This document shows, piece after piece, positions 11,421 through 26,834 of a stretch of DNA of 64,000 nt. Origin of the DNA: Octopus vulgaris (taxonomy: Eukaryota); assembly GCA_951406725.2 (NCBI GenBank), contig OX597828.1, positions 78,244,001-78,308,000 of the forward strand. The letters run 5' to 3'. Position 1 is the first letter of the stretch. The number at the start of each line of letters is the position of its first letter. Below the pieces are notes generated by a model, which saw only the letters and a list, made by a program, of their open reading frames with translations, made no database searches and was not told where the DNA came from. A program made the position numbers and the translations under genes.

Positions 11421-13209
11421 TATATAATTATCAATATAGAAAAGTTTCAGAGAAGAACCTGTAAATGCTACAAGAGCCTTTATATGAGCCATGAATATAT
11501 ATTAAAAAAAACAACATTTCTGTTGCAGTTGCAAACCACAGTGTTGTTGATTATAATTATCCAATGGCATAATTTCTGCTAAACAACATTTATGAGGGTG
11601 ACAGTGAGAAACAAATCTCTATATATCCAAGGTGAAGAAAAGGGGAGCTGTGACATTCATGCTGTGTTAAAATCAAAGAAAGAAAAAGCAAAGAAGCAAA
11701 CTATGTAGCAATTTTCAGGACGAAATCATCTTGATTGATTTGCCAGTGTTCTTACTTTTTTATGGATGTATCTTTCACACTTGATAGTTTGGGAAACTCT
11801 ACTTGTTCCTCTTCTTCTAATATACATAGAGACACGTAGCCAAATGACACCCACTGAAAGTCCAGATGATAGTCAGCAAATGGTTACCCCTTTAACTGCA
11901 AAAAATAAATATCATGGTTACCATAAAATAGAACTTGTATTCCCTGTAGGTCATCTTGCCTCAGTAAACTTGACACATCTCAAAAAGAAATAGATTCAAA
12001 CGTGAAATTCTTCAACGAAAGATAGACTGGTCTATAAAATTGTTTTCCACAGTTAAAGGCAATAAAATTTTGAGTGGATATATCTGATTTCCACAGTACA
12101 CAGGGTTAAATATTGATTTGGCCTGATGCAGTAATCATTTCTGATTGATTAGTGATGTATTGATATTCCCTTGTTAGGCCTTAATGTAATGAAATTACTA
12201 TCTTGACAAACTGCACAACATGGTCCCTAAACAGGCTGAAGTTTCATCATTCAGAATTGCAAGGACTTTACTGTGGGCTATACCTTGTTCCTGGATGTTT
12301 GCATAATTGCCTTTGTAGTAACAGCCCAGCTGGAGCAGTGTTAACTTGAACATAGAAACCCCAATCTCCATCTTTGATAGAAAGTTTTTAATTCATGTCT
12401 TGGGAAGGTCATCATGCCAATAATAACAAACACACACATAGGTTAAATCTCACTTGTTTCTCATTTAATTAATTAAATATCTAATTAACTAATCGATTGT
12501 CTGTTTAATGTGTTGGTTAAACAACCAAATGGTTGGTTGTCTGTCAAAGCCCTTTCGCTGCTATTTGCAACCTCATCAATGACGTGACCTGAACTGAATA
12601 GCGATGAAAGGACTGACAAATTTTTAATTAATTTCATTTAATTCATAAATAAAAGAAATTAATTGAATCTAATTCAATTAGGCGGCATTAATTATGTCAT
12701 TATTTGCATCAGTTCCAGCTAAAATGTTGCATTTATCCCTGATTCGTGTCTGTCTGTTTGCCATTGTTTTCTCTCTCTCTACACACACACAAATATGGAC
12801 GATATAATTTGAAGGGAGGTAATGGTGACTATTCAAGGAAAGATAATTCTAAATTTGTTTTAAGGGAGATAATGGCGAGATCTATCGAGGAATTAATCCA
12901 CATGCCCATCATGGCGAACTTCGCTGTTTCTTACAATATAATTTCTAACACCAGCAGAAGATCACTGATAATGTTTGGGTGGTATAGTTGGGCAGTAACG
13001 ACCTACACCATCCACACTATACCTATCTACAGTTGATTTAATTGATCTTCAGTATTTAGCTGATATGAATGTTATTGAACCTTATTGAATGAAATGAAAG
13101 CACAAAACTGTCATCTCATGAACCCAAAACGGAGAGAGACATAGCTAAAGAAATACAGCAGGTCACTTAGATACCATATCTGTCGCCCACAGGCCTTAAA
13201 TCAATGTGG

Positions 13210-14192
13210 ACCCCTCTTATCATTCAAATTACTCTGTTGAATGTAAATCCTTTTTATTCACATTGTATTAACCATGTATTATCTTGTCACTCAAGTTGTT
13301 GATGATGTGATTGTTTATTTTTAGAATGAAACTGTAGAATAGTTTGTGAGAGGGGGAATCTGGCTGGTTTGAACGTAAAACTAGTAGGATATTTGGGCCA
13401 GATCCAGATGAGGTCAGTTTAAATGCTAAAAACAACAGACATTATAGGATAGATGTGAGAGGTCTGATCTAGCCAGTCTTAACATAAAACAAGCAGAATA
13501 TTTTGGTTGGATATGGCTTCTTAAACTATTTCCCATTCAGATTACTCTGTTAAATGTCGTACTTATTGATTCTCATTGTGTTGAATTAGGCAGAATTGTT
13601 AGTGCAGCGGACAGCATGCTTAGCAGCAGCATTTCGTCCGTCCTTACTTTCTGAGTTCAAATTCCACTGAAGTCGACTTTGCCTTTCATCCTTTCAGGCG
13701 GCTCGATAAATGAAGTATCAGACAGGCACTAGTGTTGATGTTATCAACTTACCTGCTCCCCCAAAATTTCAGGCCTTTTGCCTATAGTGGAAAAGATTAT
13801 TTCATAGCTTTGAGATTTCAGTAATCTGAATGTTTATTTTTAGAATGAAAATGTAGGATAGGTGTGAGATGCCACACCTTGGTGATTTGAACATAAAATA
13901 GATAGAATATTTGGGCCAGATATAGCCAGTTTTTTTACTAAATGGTTAATTATTCTTTTGTAATCTAGAAATTATGGAAAATATTTTGATTGGACATGGC
14001 TTCTTAAACAATTTACCATTCAAATTACTCTGTCAAATGTAACACCTGTTTATTCACAGTGTTTTGAATTAATCCTGCCTATGAACTTGTATAAATAATC
14101 AATGATGTGATTGTTTATATTTAGGTCACACTTGGCTGGTTTGAGTAGAATATTTAGGCCAGATGTGGCCAATTTAATTACTAGAGGGTTAA
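13210..14192 (+). repeat. About three tandem copies of a ~220-bp MITE-like repeat, the last ending ...AGGG|TTAA
   Basis: cattca(a/g)attactctgt at ~13221, ~13534 and ~14017. Recurrent ttgtttatttttagaatg and atatttgggccagat. The TTAA/GGG end resembles piggyBac-type termini (weak). Confidence 0.6.
13588..13800 (+). mobile_element. tRNA-derived SINE (family S1) nested in the MITE-like repeat
   Basis: ggcagaattgttag...gagttcaaattcc...gactttgcctttcatcctttc...gataaa. Confidence 0.8.
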
Positions 14193-14386
14193 ATGCCAAA
14201 GTGTTAATTAGTCTTGTAATTTAGGAACTATGGAGGGATATTTTTACTAAGCTATTTCTGTGTCTCTCTCTGTCTCTTATATGCACTGACAGGAGACATT
14301 GTTGCATGCTTTCCTTCAGTGGTTTTCCTCTCTTGCCTCTGATCTTCATATATTTACTGATTGTTCTGTTGTTTTCTTTTCTGCAG

Positions 14387-14529
14387 CTTCGCCACCTCAA
14401 CAGCAGTCAACAGCCACAGATATGGACAAAGAATCCAAAAACAAGGACTGGGTGTTTATTAATTACACTTACAAAAGATTCGAGGGACTTACACAAAGAG
14501 GACCTCGACCATCGGCACCCAAAAGCTAG
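14387..14529 (+). CDS. STK38: NDR kinase terminal coding exon with hydrophobic motif
   Basis: Polypyrimidine tract and ctgcag|CT TCG. Translates (P)SPPQQQSTATDMDKESKNKDWVFINYTYKRFEGLTQRGPRPSAPKS*, with the NDR hydrophobic motif FINYTYKRFE. AATAAA near 14576. Confidence 0.93.
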
Positions 14530-15279
14530 AAATTATTGAAATTATACAAAACAAATAATAATTAAAAAAAATACAAATAAAAACAAAAAAAAACATGAAG
14601 AAAAGCAAGTAAAAAAAATTGACAAAACTAAAAAGACAATTAAATAATTAACAAAAACAACAAAATTATAAAAAAAAAACAAAGAAATCATAGTAACAGG
14701 TAATGTCTTTGTATGTATGTGTGTGTGAGTGTGTGTGTTTTTGTGAATATATATGTGTGTGTATACATAGATACATATTTGTGTTTATACATATATGCAT
14801 GTGTAAATGTGTGTGTGTATGTATGTATATTTTATGCATATGTATGTTTGTGTATATAAATATATATTTAAATGAGTATGAAATTATATACATATCATAC
14901 ATTTATATATTTTATATACAATATATATATACATATATAATATATATATATATATACATGTATATATAAATTATATATATATATACACACACACATGTAT
15001 ATATTTTATGTATGTCTACATATATATATATATATACACACATGTATATATAAATAATATATATATATATACACGCATATGTGTATATATTTTATGTATG
15101 TCTATATATATATATTATATATAACACACACATATATATATGATATATATAATATATTTATGATATTTTATATATTATATATATAATATTTTATATAAAA
15201 TATATATACAATATATATATTTGTGTGTGTTGGTGAATGTATACATATATATGTATGTGTGTGTATATATGTATGTATA

Positions 15280-15325
<46 letters not shown>

Positions 15326-16389
15326 AATGTGTGTGTGTATGTATGTATGTATTTATATGCGTAGCATAGAGGTATATACACTGTCACGAATACACACAAA
15401 TATATGTACACTATTCACATTCACAGACACTTGGCTGCATCACCAACACACGTGCAAACACACATTCATTCAGTAATACACATGCACACAAACACACACA
15501 CACACACACAGAGGAAAATGTACGCACATTCACTCATGATTTTAACATATTCATAATAATAATAATAATAATAATGATAATAATAATAATAATTATATAT
15601 ATATATAAAGAAAGACTTGAAATAGTTTTAAAACCTCTGCAATTAACTCCCCTACTTTCCCCTTCATGGTTAATACACATGCGTGTGTGCGCACACACAC
15701 CCACCTACATGCACACATACACATACGGACAATTTCTTGAAATACACATAAAATAAATATATAAATAAAAAAAACAAAAGACGATAAATTTTAAAAATGG
15801 ATTAAAATAATATAATATAAAATAAAATAAAAGTAAATTATATATTAAAAAAAAAGGTGAATTTAAAATGTGATTTAAGCTACCCAGAAGAGAAAGAGAA
15901 TCAAATTTCATTTTCATTTGTTGCACTTTGTTCCGGATTCCCTGGTTTCTCTGGAACGAGAAGAAAATAGTGGATGAAGGAATTAAAGAAGTGAATGTGT
16001 GAAAGAGTGGGAAGAGAAGCAATGAGAAAAACTGTTTATTTCTTGCTTTTTGAAGTCAGCAATTCTGAGAAAGTTAGTAGATATGAAGGAGAAAGAAGAA
16101 GAAAAAAACCCCCAAGAAATGGTAAGGCCAGCTGAAGAACTGGGAACCAGAGTGGTAGGGACTTAGAAATAGATAGAAAAAGGAATTGGTAAGAAAGGAA
16201 GGGGGATGGGGTAAACTAATTGAAGAAGAACTGGGAAGGAATTACTGGGTAGGAGGGGGGAACACTATTTCAGAAATTTTACAGTTCCAACTTTTTATAT
16301 ATTTTCCTTCTTTGCAGTCATCATCAGGTTTCTCTCATAAATTCTTCATTTTTATTATTTTAATTTATTTATTAGCGAATATAGTCATT

Positions 16390-16527
16390 TATGTATACAT
16401 ATATAGGTGTATGTATATGTACACATTCTATATATATATATGTATATATATATATATAAATATATATATATTTGCATATATATATGTATATCCATACGTA
16501 TATGTGTGTTATATGTATATATATATA

Positions 16528-16568
<41 letters not shown>

Positions 16569-16657
16569 TTATGTATATTATATATATATTTATGTATATT
16601 ATATATATATATATGTATACTATATATATATATGATATTTATATAATTGATATATAT

Positions 16658-16734
<77 letters not shown>

Positions 16735-16908
16735 ATATATATATGATATATATATAATTGATATATATATATATATATATAATATATATATACATATATG
16801 ATATATATATATATATATGTATAATATATATATACATATATGATATATATATATATATGTAATCTATATGTATATATATATATGATATATATATATATAT
16901 ATGTATAC

Positions 16909-16941
<33 letters not shown>

Positions 16942-17075
16942 ATATGGATGTATACTATATATATGTATGTGTGTATATGTATATATATATATGTGTGTAT
17001 ATGTATATATGTGTGTGTATATGTATATATGTGTGTGTATATGTATATATATATATATGTGTGTGTGTATGTATA

Positions 17076-17116
<41 letters not shown>

Positions 17117-17124
17117 ATATATAT

Positions 17125-17165
<41 letters not shown>
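16390..17165. repeat. Compound (TA)n/(TG)n microsatellite
   Basis: Directly visible. Confidence 0.9.
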
Positions 17166-17166
<1 letters not shown>

Positions 17167-17508
17167 GTAGTGTTTGCTATTTGTATATGTCTGTGTGCAT
17201 GTTTATAAATGTATCTATATATATATTATTTAAGAGACACAATACATGTTGTTATGTGCTACTCATAGTTTCTCGTGCTGAGATCATGCCAAATAACGGA
17301 TTATAACATGTATACCATCTCCGCACAGTCATCAAGAAACTATAAGTAGTACATAAAAACATGTATTGAGTCTATTAAATAATATTTATCTCTCACCGGA
17401 TGGAGTGCATTTTGGTTGATTTTACCATCATAGAACAGTACTGTATATATAAATAATATATACACTCACTCACACACACACGTTACAATGTTTGTATATA
17501 TGTTATTG

Positions 17509-17720
17509 TCATCATCATCATGATTATGGTACTTGCATGGGTTGCGTGGTTTGACAGGGTCTGAATATCCTACAGGGTGCTATGGCATTCAGTGTCTATT
17601 TTGCCATGTTTTGTACGTATGGATGCTCTTTCTGACACCAACCACTCTACAGAGTGTACTGGGTACGTTTTTATATGGCACCAGTACTCGTGAGGTCACC
17701 AAGTAACTCACAAGACAAGC
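17509..17720 (-). mobile_element. Old RTE-related 3' fragment
   Basis: catcatcatcat...gcatgggttg...ggatgctctttctgacaccaaccactctacagagtgta. Confidence 0.65.
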
Positions 17721-17921
17721 CCCCATATATATGTTTGTATATGTGTTTATGCATAAATACACACTGTGTATCTGTGTTTATGTACTTATATACATATGTG
17801 TGAGTATATATATGTATGTGTATGTATATATATATGTGTATGTATATATATATATCTATCTATGTATATATATATACACACATATATAGTCTGTGTGCAT
17901 GAATATATACTTATATATATA

Positions 17922-18148
17922 CTTTATTTAAAGCAGCAGAAAATTCGACAAAACCTGTTACTCTGAGTTTCACGTTGCCGTTCATCGGACAGTTTTTGCA
18001 AAAATTGTCCAATGAATGGCAACGTGAAACTCAGAGTAACAGGTTTTGTTGAATTTTCTGCTGCTTTAAATAAAGCATATTACTCTACCACTGGTATTTG
18101 AGTACTCTTTTTTTCCACCTTGTTTCACATTTATGTGTTTACTCCGGT
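17922..18148. mobile_element. Penelope-like (PLE) non-autonomous fold-back: 77-bp arms plus one-sided extension
   Basis: 17922-17998 is the near-perfect reverse complement of 17999-18075. Each arm holds a hammerhead motif. Extension 18076-18148. TA flanks. Confidence 0.7.
17955..17992 (-). ncRNA. Minimal type I hammerhead ribozyme motif (U4C variant)
   Basis: Minus strand reads CUGU-CCGAUGA-ACG(GCAA)CGU-GAAA-CUCAGAG-UA|ACAG: stem I, core, GNRA-capped stem II, palindromic stem III and a GUA site. Confidence 0.7.
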
Positions 18149-18210
18149 ATATATATATATATATATACATACATACACACACACATATACATTATATATA
18201 TATATATATA

Positions 18211-19797
18211 TCATCATAATCATCATCATCATCGTTTAGCGTCTGTTTTCCGTGCTGGCATGGGTTGGACGGTGCAACTGGGGTGTGGGAAGCCAGAAGG
18301 CTGCACCAGGCCCAGTCTGATCTGGCAATGTTCCTACAGCTGGATGCCCTTCCTAACGCCAACCACTCCATGAATGTAGTGGGCGCTTTTTATGTCCCAC
18401 TGGCACAGGTGCCAGATGAGGCTGGCAAGTGGCCAAATCGGATGGTGCTTTTTACATGCCACCAGCACGGAGGCCAGGCGAGGCTGGCAAACGGCCAGGA
18501 TCGGATGGTGCTTTTTACGTGCCACCGGCATGGAGGCCAGGCGAGGCTGGCAACAGCCATGATCAGATGGTGCTTTTTACGTGCCACCGGCATGGAAGCC
18601 AGTCAGGGCGGCACTGGTAACGGCCACGTTCGAATGGTTCTCTTATGTGCCACTGGCACTGGTATCACAGCTACAATTTCCATTCATGTTGATCGATTTT
18701 GAGTTTGATTTTCACTTGCCTCAACAGGTCTTCACAAGTAGAGTTTTGTGTCCCAAGAAGGAAAGGTATGCATAAGTGGACTGAGGCCATGGGTTATGGT
18801 CTCACTTGTCCTGCCGGGTCTTCTTACGCACAGCATACTTCCAAAGGTCTCGGTCTCTAGTCATTTCCTCGGTGAGACCTGAAGTTTGAAGGTCGTGCTT
18901 CACCACCTCATCCCAGGTTTTCCTGGGTCTGCCTCTTCCACAGGTTCCCTCAACAGCTAGGGTGTGGCACTTTTTCACACAACTATCTTCATCCATTCTC
19001 GCCACATGACCATACCAGCGCAAACGTCTCTCTTGCACACCACAACTGATGCTTCTTAGGTCCAACTTCTCTCTCAAGGTACTTACACTCTGTCGAGTAT
19101 GAACACTGACATTACACATCCATCGGAGCATACTGGCTTCATTTCTTGCGAGCTTACGCATATCCTCAGCAGTCACAGCCCATGTTTCACTGCCATGTAG
19201 CATGGCTGTTCGTACACATGCATCATACAGTCTGCCTTTTACTCTGTGCGAGAGGCCTTTTGTCCCTAGCAGAGGTAAGAGTTCTCTGAACTTTGCCCAA
19301 GCTATTCTTACTCTAGCAGTTACACTTTCAACACACCCGCCCCCGCTGCTGACTTGGTCACCTAGGTAACGGAAGCTATCAACTATTTCTAGTTTTTCTC
19401 CCTGGAAAGTGACGGAAGTTGGTCTCAGAGCATTTTCAGTGTTTATTGCTCCTGAGCATCTGCCACATACAAAAACTATCTTCTTAGTTAGCCTTCCCTT
19501 GACGTTGCTGCACCTCTTATGTGTCCATAGCTTACACTTGGTGCATCTTATAGAGTTTCTACCTATGCCTTTCCTACAGATCGAGCAAGGCCATCTACCT
19601 GAAGGCGTTTGTGACTTGTCTACCTTCCTACTTATAAGGACTTTGGTTTTAGCTAGGTTGACTCTAAGGCCCTTCGATTCTAATCCTTGCTTCCACACCT
19701 GAAACTTCTCCTCCAGTTCTGATAGTGACTCAGCAATTAGAGCAAGGTCATCAGCATAGAGGAGCTCCCAGGGGCATCCTGTCTTGAATTCCTCCAT
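18211..19797 (-). mobile_element. 5'-truncated RTE-clade LINE, same family as 7083-9416
   Basis: ORF 18802-19797 is intact (YADD, PHD-like finger, RTE C-terminus). 3' UTR with ~5 tandem units and (GAT)n tail. TA flanks. Confidence 0.95.
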
Positions 19798-19960
19798 CTA
19801 TATATATATATATGTTAGATATTTAAGATTATTTATGTAATGTTATATACGTATATGTATTAATTAGTCTATTTTTGCTTTTTTTATTTTTTTAATTTGA
19901 AATTTTTAAATGGTGTATATTTACTATCACAGATACATGCATATACATATTTTTATACAT

Positions 19961-20003
<43 letters not shown>

Positions 20004-20444
20004 CATAGACGTGCCACCCACATACTTGGTTACAATTCACAAAGGTTTGCAAAATTTCACTTCTCTGCCACTAATTAGAATGCTATATCCTCTAAACTAG
20101 ATACGTGTCAGGTTACATGGAATTTTTAAGCCTATTTTAGGAAACGTCATTATTATTATTATTATTGAGTTTTTACATTGCTATTGTGTATAAGCACTGT
20201 TTCATATCTAAAATCTTTGTATGGATTCTCCTCTACTCCATTATTGGCAATAACCTCTTTTGTTTGTTATGAGCTTCTAAATACATCAGATAGACCTCAC
20301 CGGGATGCCTACTAAAGTTCTTATCGTGGGTCACTATTTAATTATTATCAGTTATCCTTAAAACACGATATTAAACATTAGCACGAGCCCGGTGCATTTG
20401 TCCTGTGCTGAGAGTATAAAAGAATATTTTTTCTCCTTTCTACT

Positions 20445-20580
20445 TTGATGGCAGAATGCGAACAAACAAAATACTTATCTCCCTTTAAGTTCTGCGTCCG
20501 ATTTCCATTAGGAGTTAACATTCCCCATGTATTTTGGGCTTTGATAAAGTACCAGTCAACCACTGTAAACACTTTATTCA
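20445..20580 (+). mobile_element. Highly decayed S1 SINE
   Basis: tggcagaatg...gttctgcgtccgatttcc...gataaagtaccag. Confidence 0.45.
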
Positions 20581-21624
20581 ATTATGATCTCACACTTAAT
20601 TTGTGCTTGTGTTAAAAATCCTATCTTAGTTGCAATAGAATTTATCTTTTCATCCCAGCATGATGGAGACATTTTCACCATTCTTGCATGTACTAATTTC
20701 CATGATGTTGACCATATGAGTGAAGATTTACCACCAACATCCCATACCTGTTATCCTTTCTATATCACAAAAAGATTTTATTCATTTATGTGTGTGTGTA
20801 TTTGTGTGTCGGCAATTATGCAGATAAACAAATTAAATATTTACATGTTGAGTAGAATAGTTAGTGGGCTGTTATGTAGATAGATGTGTGTATGTATGTA
20901 TATGTGTGTGTGGGTATATATGTGTATATGCACATGTATGTAAGCATATGGATATGTAAATAAACAGATCACCATACAGATGGATAGGTACATAGGTTAT
21001 ATGAACAGACAGGCACACATATGCAGATGGAGACTGAAAAACATGACCATATATACACACACACTTAACTTCAGACAAGGACACATATGGAGACACGTAT
21101 CCACACATATGGAGCTGAACATCCATACATACAAACCTGGTACATAGTTGCAGAACACACACACACACACTCAACCACACACACACACACACAAGGAGAC
21201 AGGTGCATACATATGCAAGCACATGCTCACACACATACATATATACATATGCATACACACATATATACATACACACACATGCATACATAAATACATACAT
21301 ACATGCATAGGCACACATACACACTGACCCACACACATGCGCACAAACAAACAAAAAGGAACGCAGTGTAAATAACAGACAGAGTCGAGATTATTGATAA
21401 GGTTGCAACGAAAAGTTTAGGAAAATAAAAATAAGGAATAAGTGGAAATTGTACTGGTGAGTGTGTTACATTATAAGGCACCAAAAGAAAATGACTCTCC
21501 CCAGACACAACAGAATATGCTTCAACACACGAACTCACATAAAGAATCTTGCAAATCAAATCCAAAAACAAAATAAACCAGCATGAGTTTGATATACTAT
21601 GTATGTGTGTATGTATGTATGCAT

Positions 21625-22020
21625 GCATGCATGAATGAATGAAAACAGAAAGACAGCAGAGATTGAAGATTTTCAGTTAATGAATATTTAAGTATAGATC
21701 TATAGATATCTATATATTAATAGACCTAATTTGCACAGAGTACAAATGATGGAGAAAATTAAACTGCTCTGATGATCTAAAACGGCTTAGTTTATCCAAT
21801 GTATTTACTTTTATAATGGGCTGCATATTTTGGTGATCTACATCTACCAACATTATGATGGATCTCTGAGCTTCCACAGAAACATTGTTGGACTTATAAC
21901 ACCTTACCTCTTCCTCTTTAATTTCCTCTCTCATTTGTATTCTGTGCAAGTTAGATCTGTTATACTTAAATATTCATTGTCTGAAAATCTTCAGTCTTTG
22001 GTTCCTTTCCATTAGCATGT
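21625..22020. repeat. Imperfect inverted repeat (~120-bp arms), MITE-like fold-back
   Basis: agattgaagattttcag..aatgaatatttaagtata and ttgcacagagtacaaatga pair with tcatttgtattctgtgcaa and tatacttaaatattcatt..ctgaaaatcttca. Confidence 0.65.
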
Positions 22021-22246
22021 ATTTATATTTATATATATTTTCTATATTGAACCCAAATTGTTATATTTAATTTGTTAGTCTGTATAATTGCTTACGTATC
22101 TGCTCACCTTGGTCCCTCTGATAGCCACTCTTTACCCCATGGAATTGGTCCCTCATAAAGACATTGGAGGCTAAGTTTGAGTGTTACAAAGTGTTTTCTG
22201 TACTAAGATTCTCTGGATCTCATTTGTCGATGACATATTTGTATAA

Positions 22247-22499
22247 TCATCATCATTTAACGTCCGTTCTCCATGCTAGCATGGGTTGGACGGTTCAACT
22301 GGGGATCTGGAAAGCCAGAAGGCTGCACCAGGCCCCAGTCTGATCTGGCAGTGTTTCTCCAGCTGGATACCCTTCCTAACGCCAACCACTCCATGAGTGT
22401 AGTGGGTGCTTTTTACGTGCCACCGGCATGGAAGACAGTTAAGGCGGCGCTGGCACCGGCCACGTTTGGATGGTGCTTTTTACGTGCCACCGGCATGGA
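22247..22499 (-). mobile_element. RTE-LINE 3' UTR fragment
   Basis: Near-identical to 7083-7280. (TA)n at the 5' junction. Confidence 0.88.
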
Positions 22500-22505
22500 T
22501 ATATT

Positions 22506-22562
<57 letters not shown>

Positions 22563-22694
22563 GCATATGTGTGCATGTGTGTTTGTCTGTGTATATATGT
22601 GTGTGTATGTGTATATGTGTGTGTATATATATATGGTCTCTTAAACAACTCATGCACGTATTATATATATATATATATATATATAATAATAATA

Positions 22695-24345
22695 TTAGGG
22701 AATAAATCCTAACTTACCGGGGAAAATTAGATTTAGGATTAAATCAAATTTTATAGTATAAATATATTGTATTATATTATATTAAATTAGAGATAAAACC
22801 ACTATTAGGCAAATCAAACAGTGAAAAACATAAGCCAATACATAAAATTAATTTTAAAATATAAAAGTTAAAATTTAAAAAATTATTTAAATAATTTAAA
22901 CTTATAAATTTTAAATATATAAATACAAATATATATATATATGTGTGTGTGTGTATGTATATTTTTATATTTATATATTATTTTATTTATTAATTTTTTT
23001 ATTTTTTTAAATTTTATTTATTTATTTATTTTATTATATGAATATCAAAAGTATTAAAAGTTTAATAAAAGATAAAAAGTAAAACACTACGATCGTTTCA
23101 TGGCTGTACCAATTCGAATAACAATAATTTAAATTCAATTAATAACTCGAATTATGGTTACAGTCAATCTTCAGGTTAATTGAAATATTTTTAAAATAAT
23201 CAGAAATATTTAAACAATATTTTTAAGATATAAATAATATAATAATTTTACTTATAATAAACTCTATTATCAAACTAGAAACTTAAACCTTAACAATTAT
23301 GATTATATCAAAATCGATTATAATGTTAAATATTAATTTTAATTTTAAGGTAAGAAACCCACCTATAATCTAATATCGGTAATAGTCTATATCTAATTAC
23401 ATAAATATTTTTAAAAAAAAAAAATTACTATTATATATAAAAATTATCAATGAAAATATATAAATGTATATAAATATTATAATTAAGATCTAAAATAATC
23501 TCTATAAATAAATATATATGCACATATAATAAAGACCTAATAAATTAATTTTTCATATTTAAAGATGAAATAGCTAATTTCAAAAATACAAACAAACTTA
23601 AACGAAGTTTCGGAAACTTTATATTTAAAATACTTATAAAAATAATCAATTCGTAGTTATATAGTATCGAATAAATACTATAAATATGAAACTAGCAAAT
23701 ATCAATTTAAAAAGACAATAACTAAGTTATGCTATTAAGTTAGACATGGCCTGGACCAATCTTTGGTCGAAACAAATCTAAGTTTATTTAAGTTTATCTA
23801 ATTTTAATTTTAAGAAATTTAAAACTACAATTAATGCTATTAATACATGTATACACATAAACCTAACTTTAGACAACTCGTATGCTTGCTATCAAACAAC
23901 ATATCTATCGCTAAGTAATATCTTACAAATAAACTTAAATTTAATATCTAATATTTAACATTATAATCGATTTTGATATAATCATAATTGTTAAGGTTTA
24001 AGTTTCTAGTTTGATAATAGAGTTTATTATAAGTAAAATTATTATATTATTTATATCTTAAAAATATTGTTTAAATATTTCTGATTATTTTTAAAATATT
24101 TCAATTAACCTGAAGATTGACTGTAACTATAATTCGAATTATTAACTGAATTTAAATTATTGTTATTCGAATTGGTACAGCCATGAAACGATCGTAGTGT
24201 TTTACTTTTTATCTTTTATTAAACTTTTAATACTTTTGATATTTATATAATAAAATACATAAATAAATAAAATTTAAAGAAATAAAAAAATAAATTAAAA
24301 AAAATATATATATAAATATAAAAATATACATACATACACACACAT
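22695..24345. mobile_element. AT-rich Penelope-like fold-back with ~400-bp arms (22941-23350 / 23935-24345) and one-sided extension
   Basis: Arms are reverse complements and each contains CTGAAGA...GAAACGATCGTA. TA flanks. Confidence 0.65.
24105..24200 (+). ncRNA. Hammerhead ribozyme motif with long stem II (mirror copy at 23085-23178, minus strand)
   Basis: CUGAAGA at 24110-24116, ~68-nt stem II (ctgta/tacag, aattcgaat/attcgaatt), GAAAC at 24185-24189, palindromic ACGAUCGU, then GUA|. Stem I is weak. Confidence 0.55.
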
Positions 24346-24516
24346 ATGTATGTATATATATATGTATATATATATATATATGTATATATATATGTATGTA
24401 TATATATGTATATATATATGTATGTATGTATGTATATATATATGTATGTATATATATATGTATGTATATATGTATGTATATATATATGTATGTATATATA
24501 TATATGTATATATATA

Positions 24517-24744
24517 TGATTGATTGATTGATTGATTGATTCTAGTTTCAGCTTCTGAGCTGTGGCCATGCTGGGGCACCGCCATTTGGTGTTGCTACTT
24601 GGTTTCACTTCATGGAGGCTTTCTAGCAACTGCTATTTGGTGCATGAAAGAGTTCGATGCAGCTGCCCTCATCTGCCGTGAAGTTGGTTCATCTGGGACA
24701 CCTGACGGGAAGAGATCCAGCTCCATTTTAAAGACATCTGTATC
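24517..24744 (-). mobile_element. CR1-clade LINE family A, short 3' fragment
   Basis: Matches 58970-59209. (AATC)n tail. Embedded in TA. Confidence 0.9.
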
Positions 24745-24758
24745 TGTTTAAAGCTCTC

Positions 24759-26455
<1,697 letters not shown>

Positions 26456-26487
26456 TACATATATTTATATACACATAGATATATATA

Positions 26488-26664
<177 letters not shown>

Positions 26665-26671
26665 AATATAC

Positions 26672-26778
<107 letters not shown>

Positions 26779-26792
26779 AATATACATATGTA

Positions 26793-26830
<38 letters not shown>

Positions 26831-26834
<4 letters not shown>

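Noticed and set aside
14299-14386. N-terminal part of ORF 14299-14529 as coding
   Set aside because: It is intronic polypyrimidine sequence. The exon starts after ctgcag at 14387, in phase with the previous exon.
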